Positions 63,721-64,000 of a DNA stretch of 64,000 nucleotides are shown in pieces. The stretch covers positions 83,824,001 through 83,888,000 of the forward strand of contig NC_043003.1 of the NCBI RefSeq assembly GCF_006345805.1, in the 5' to 3' direction. Each line of letters begins with the position of its first letter. Within the stretch, counting starts at the first letter, position 1. The translations under genes were made by a program, and so were the position numbers. This DNA comes from Octopus sinensis. Lineage: Eukaryota. A model generated the notes under the pieces. That model ran no database searches, was not told the origin of the DNA, and was given only the letters and a program-made list of their open reading frames with translations.

Positions 63721-64000
63721 CCAACCAATTCCACTCACAAGGCATTAATCAGCGCAAGACTATATAGTAGAAGACATTATTTGTCCAAGGGGACATGCAG
63801 TTAGGTAGAATAGGAAACTATGTGCAGATGTGAAGTTCATATTTGCACAACTATACCTGAATCAATTCCCCTGCACTGAAAATGTAAAGCTTTTATATTT
63901 GATTAGAAGACAAATAACATTCTAGCTAAATTTCCATTTTTCTACATCTACTGCTAAACCACCACCCTCTAAACCACCATTACTAAATTTTGTTAAGTAT

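Overview
AT-rich eukaryotic DNA with dense microsatellites, tRNA-derived SINEs and RTE-type LINE tails. The repeat landscape suggests a coleoid cephalopod, probably Octopus (inference). Two host genes are supported, both on the minus strand. The first is three phase-consistent coding exons (11552-11434, 4417-4258, 1310-1236) of a class-III PLP phospho-lyase (ETNPPL/PHYKPL, AGXT2L family). The second is the last coding exon (61526-60829) of a ZRSR2-like U2AF35-related splicing factor, whose RS domain is built from a 30-bp tandem repeat. I could not locate the first coding exon of the phospho-lyase. The rest is transposon-rich: RTE, RTE-X-like and CR1 fragments (several with exact TSDs), four or more SINE families, non-autonomous Helitron-like elements, two fold-back mariner derivatives, a DD36E Tc1 fragment, a mariner-pogo fusion, a gag-integrase-only Gypsy LTR element and a 17 x 36-bp minisatellite. 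The most unusual signal is six minimal type-I hammerhead-ribozyme-like motifs with palindromic stem III (the dimer type known from Penelope-like elements), from at least four repeat families. One family is present twice and has the core C3:G8 pair swapped to G3:C8. Another motif forms the tail of a tRNA-headed SINE, and another sits between long inverted arms. All folds were drawn by eye and no activity is demonstrated.
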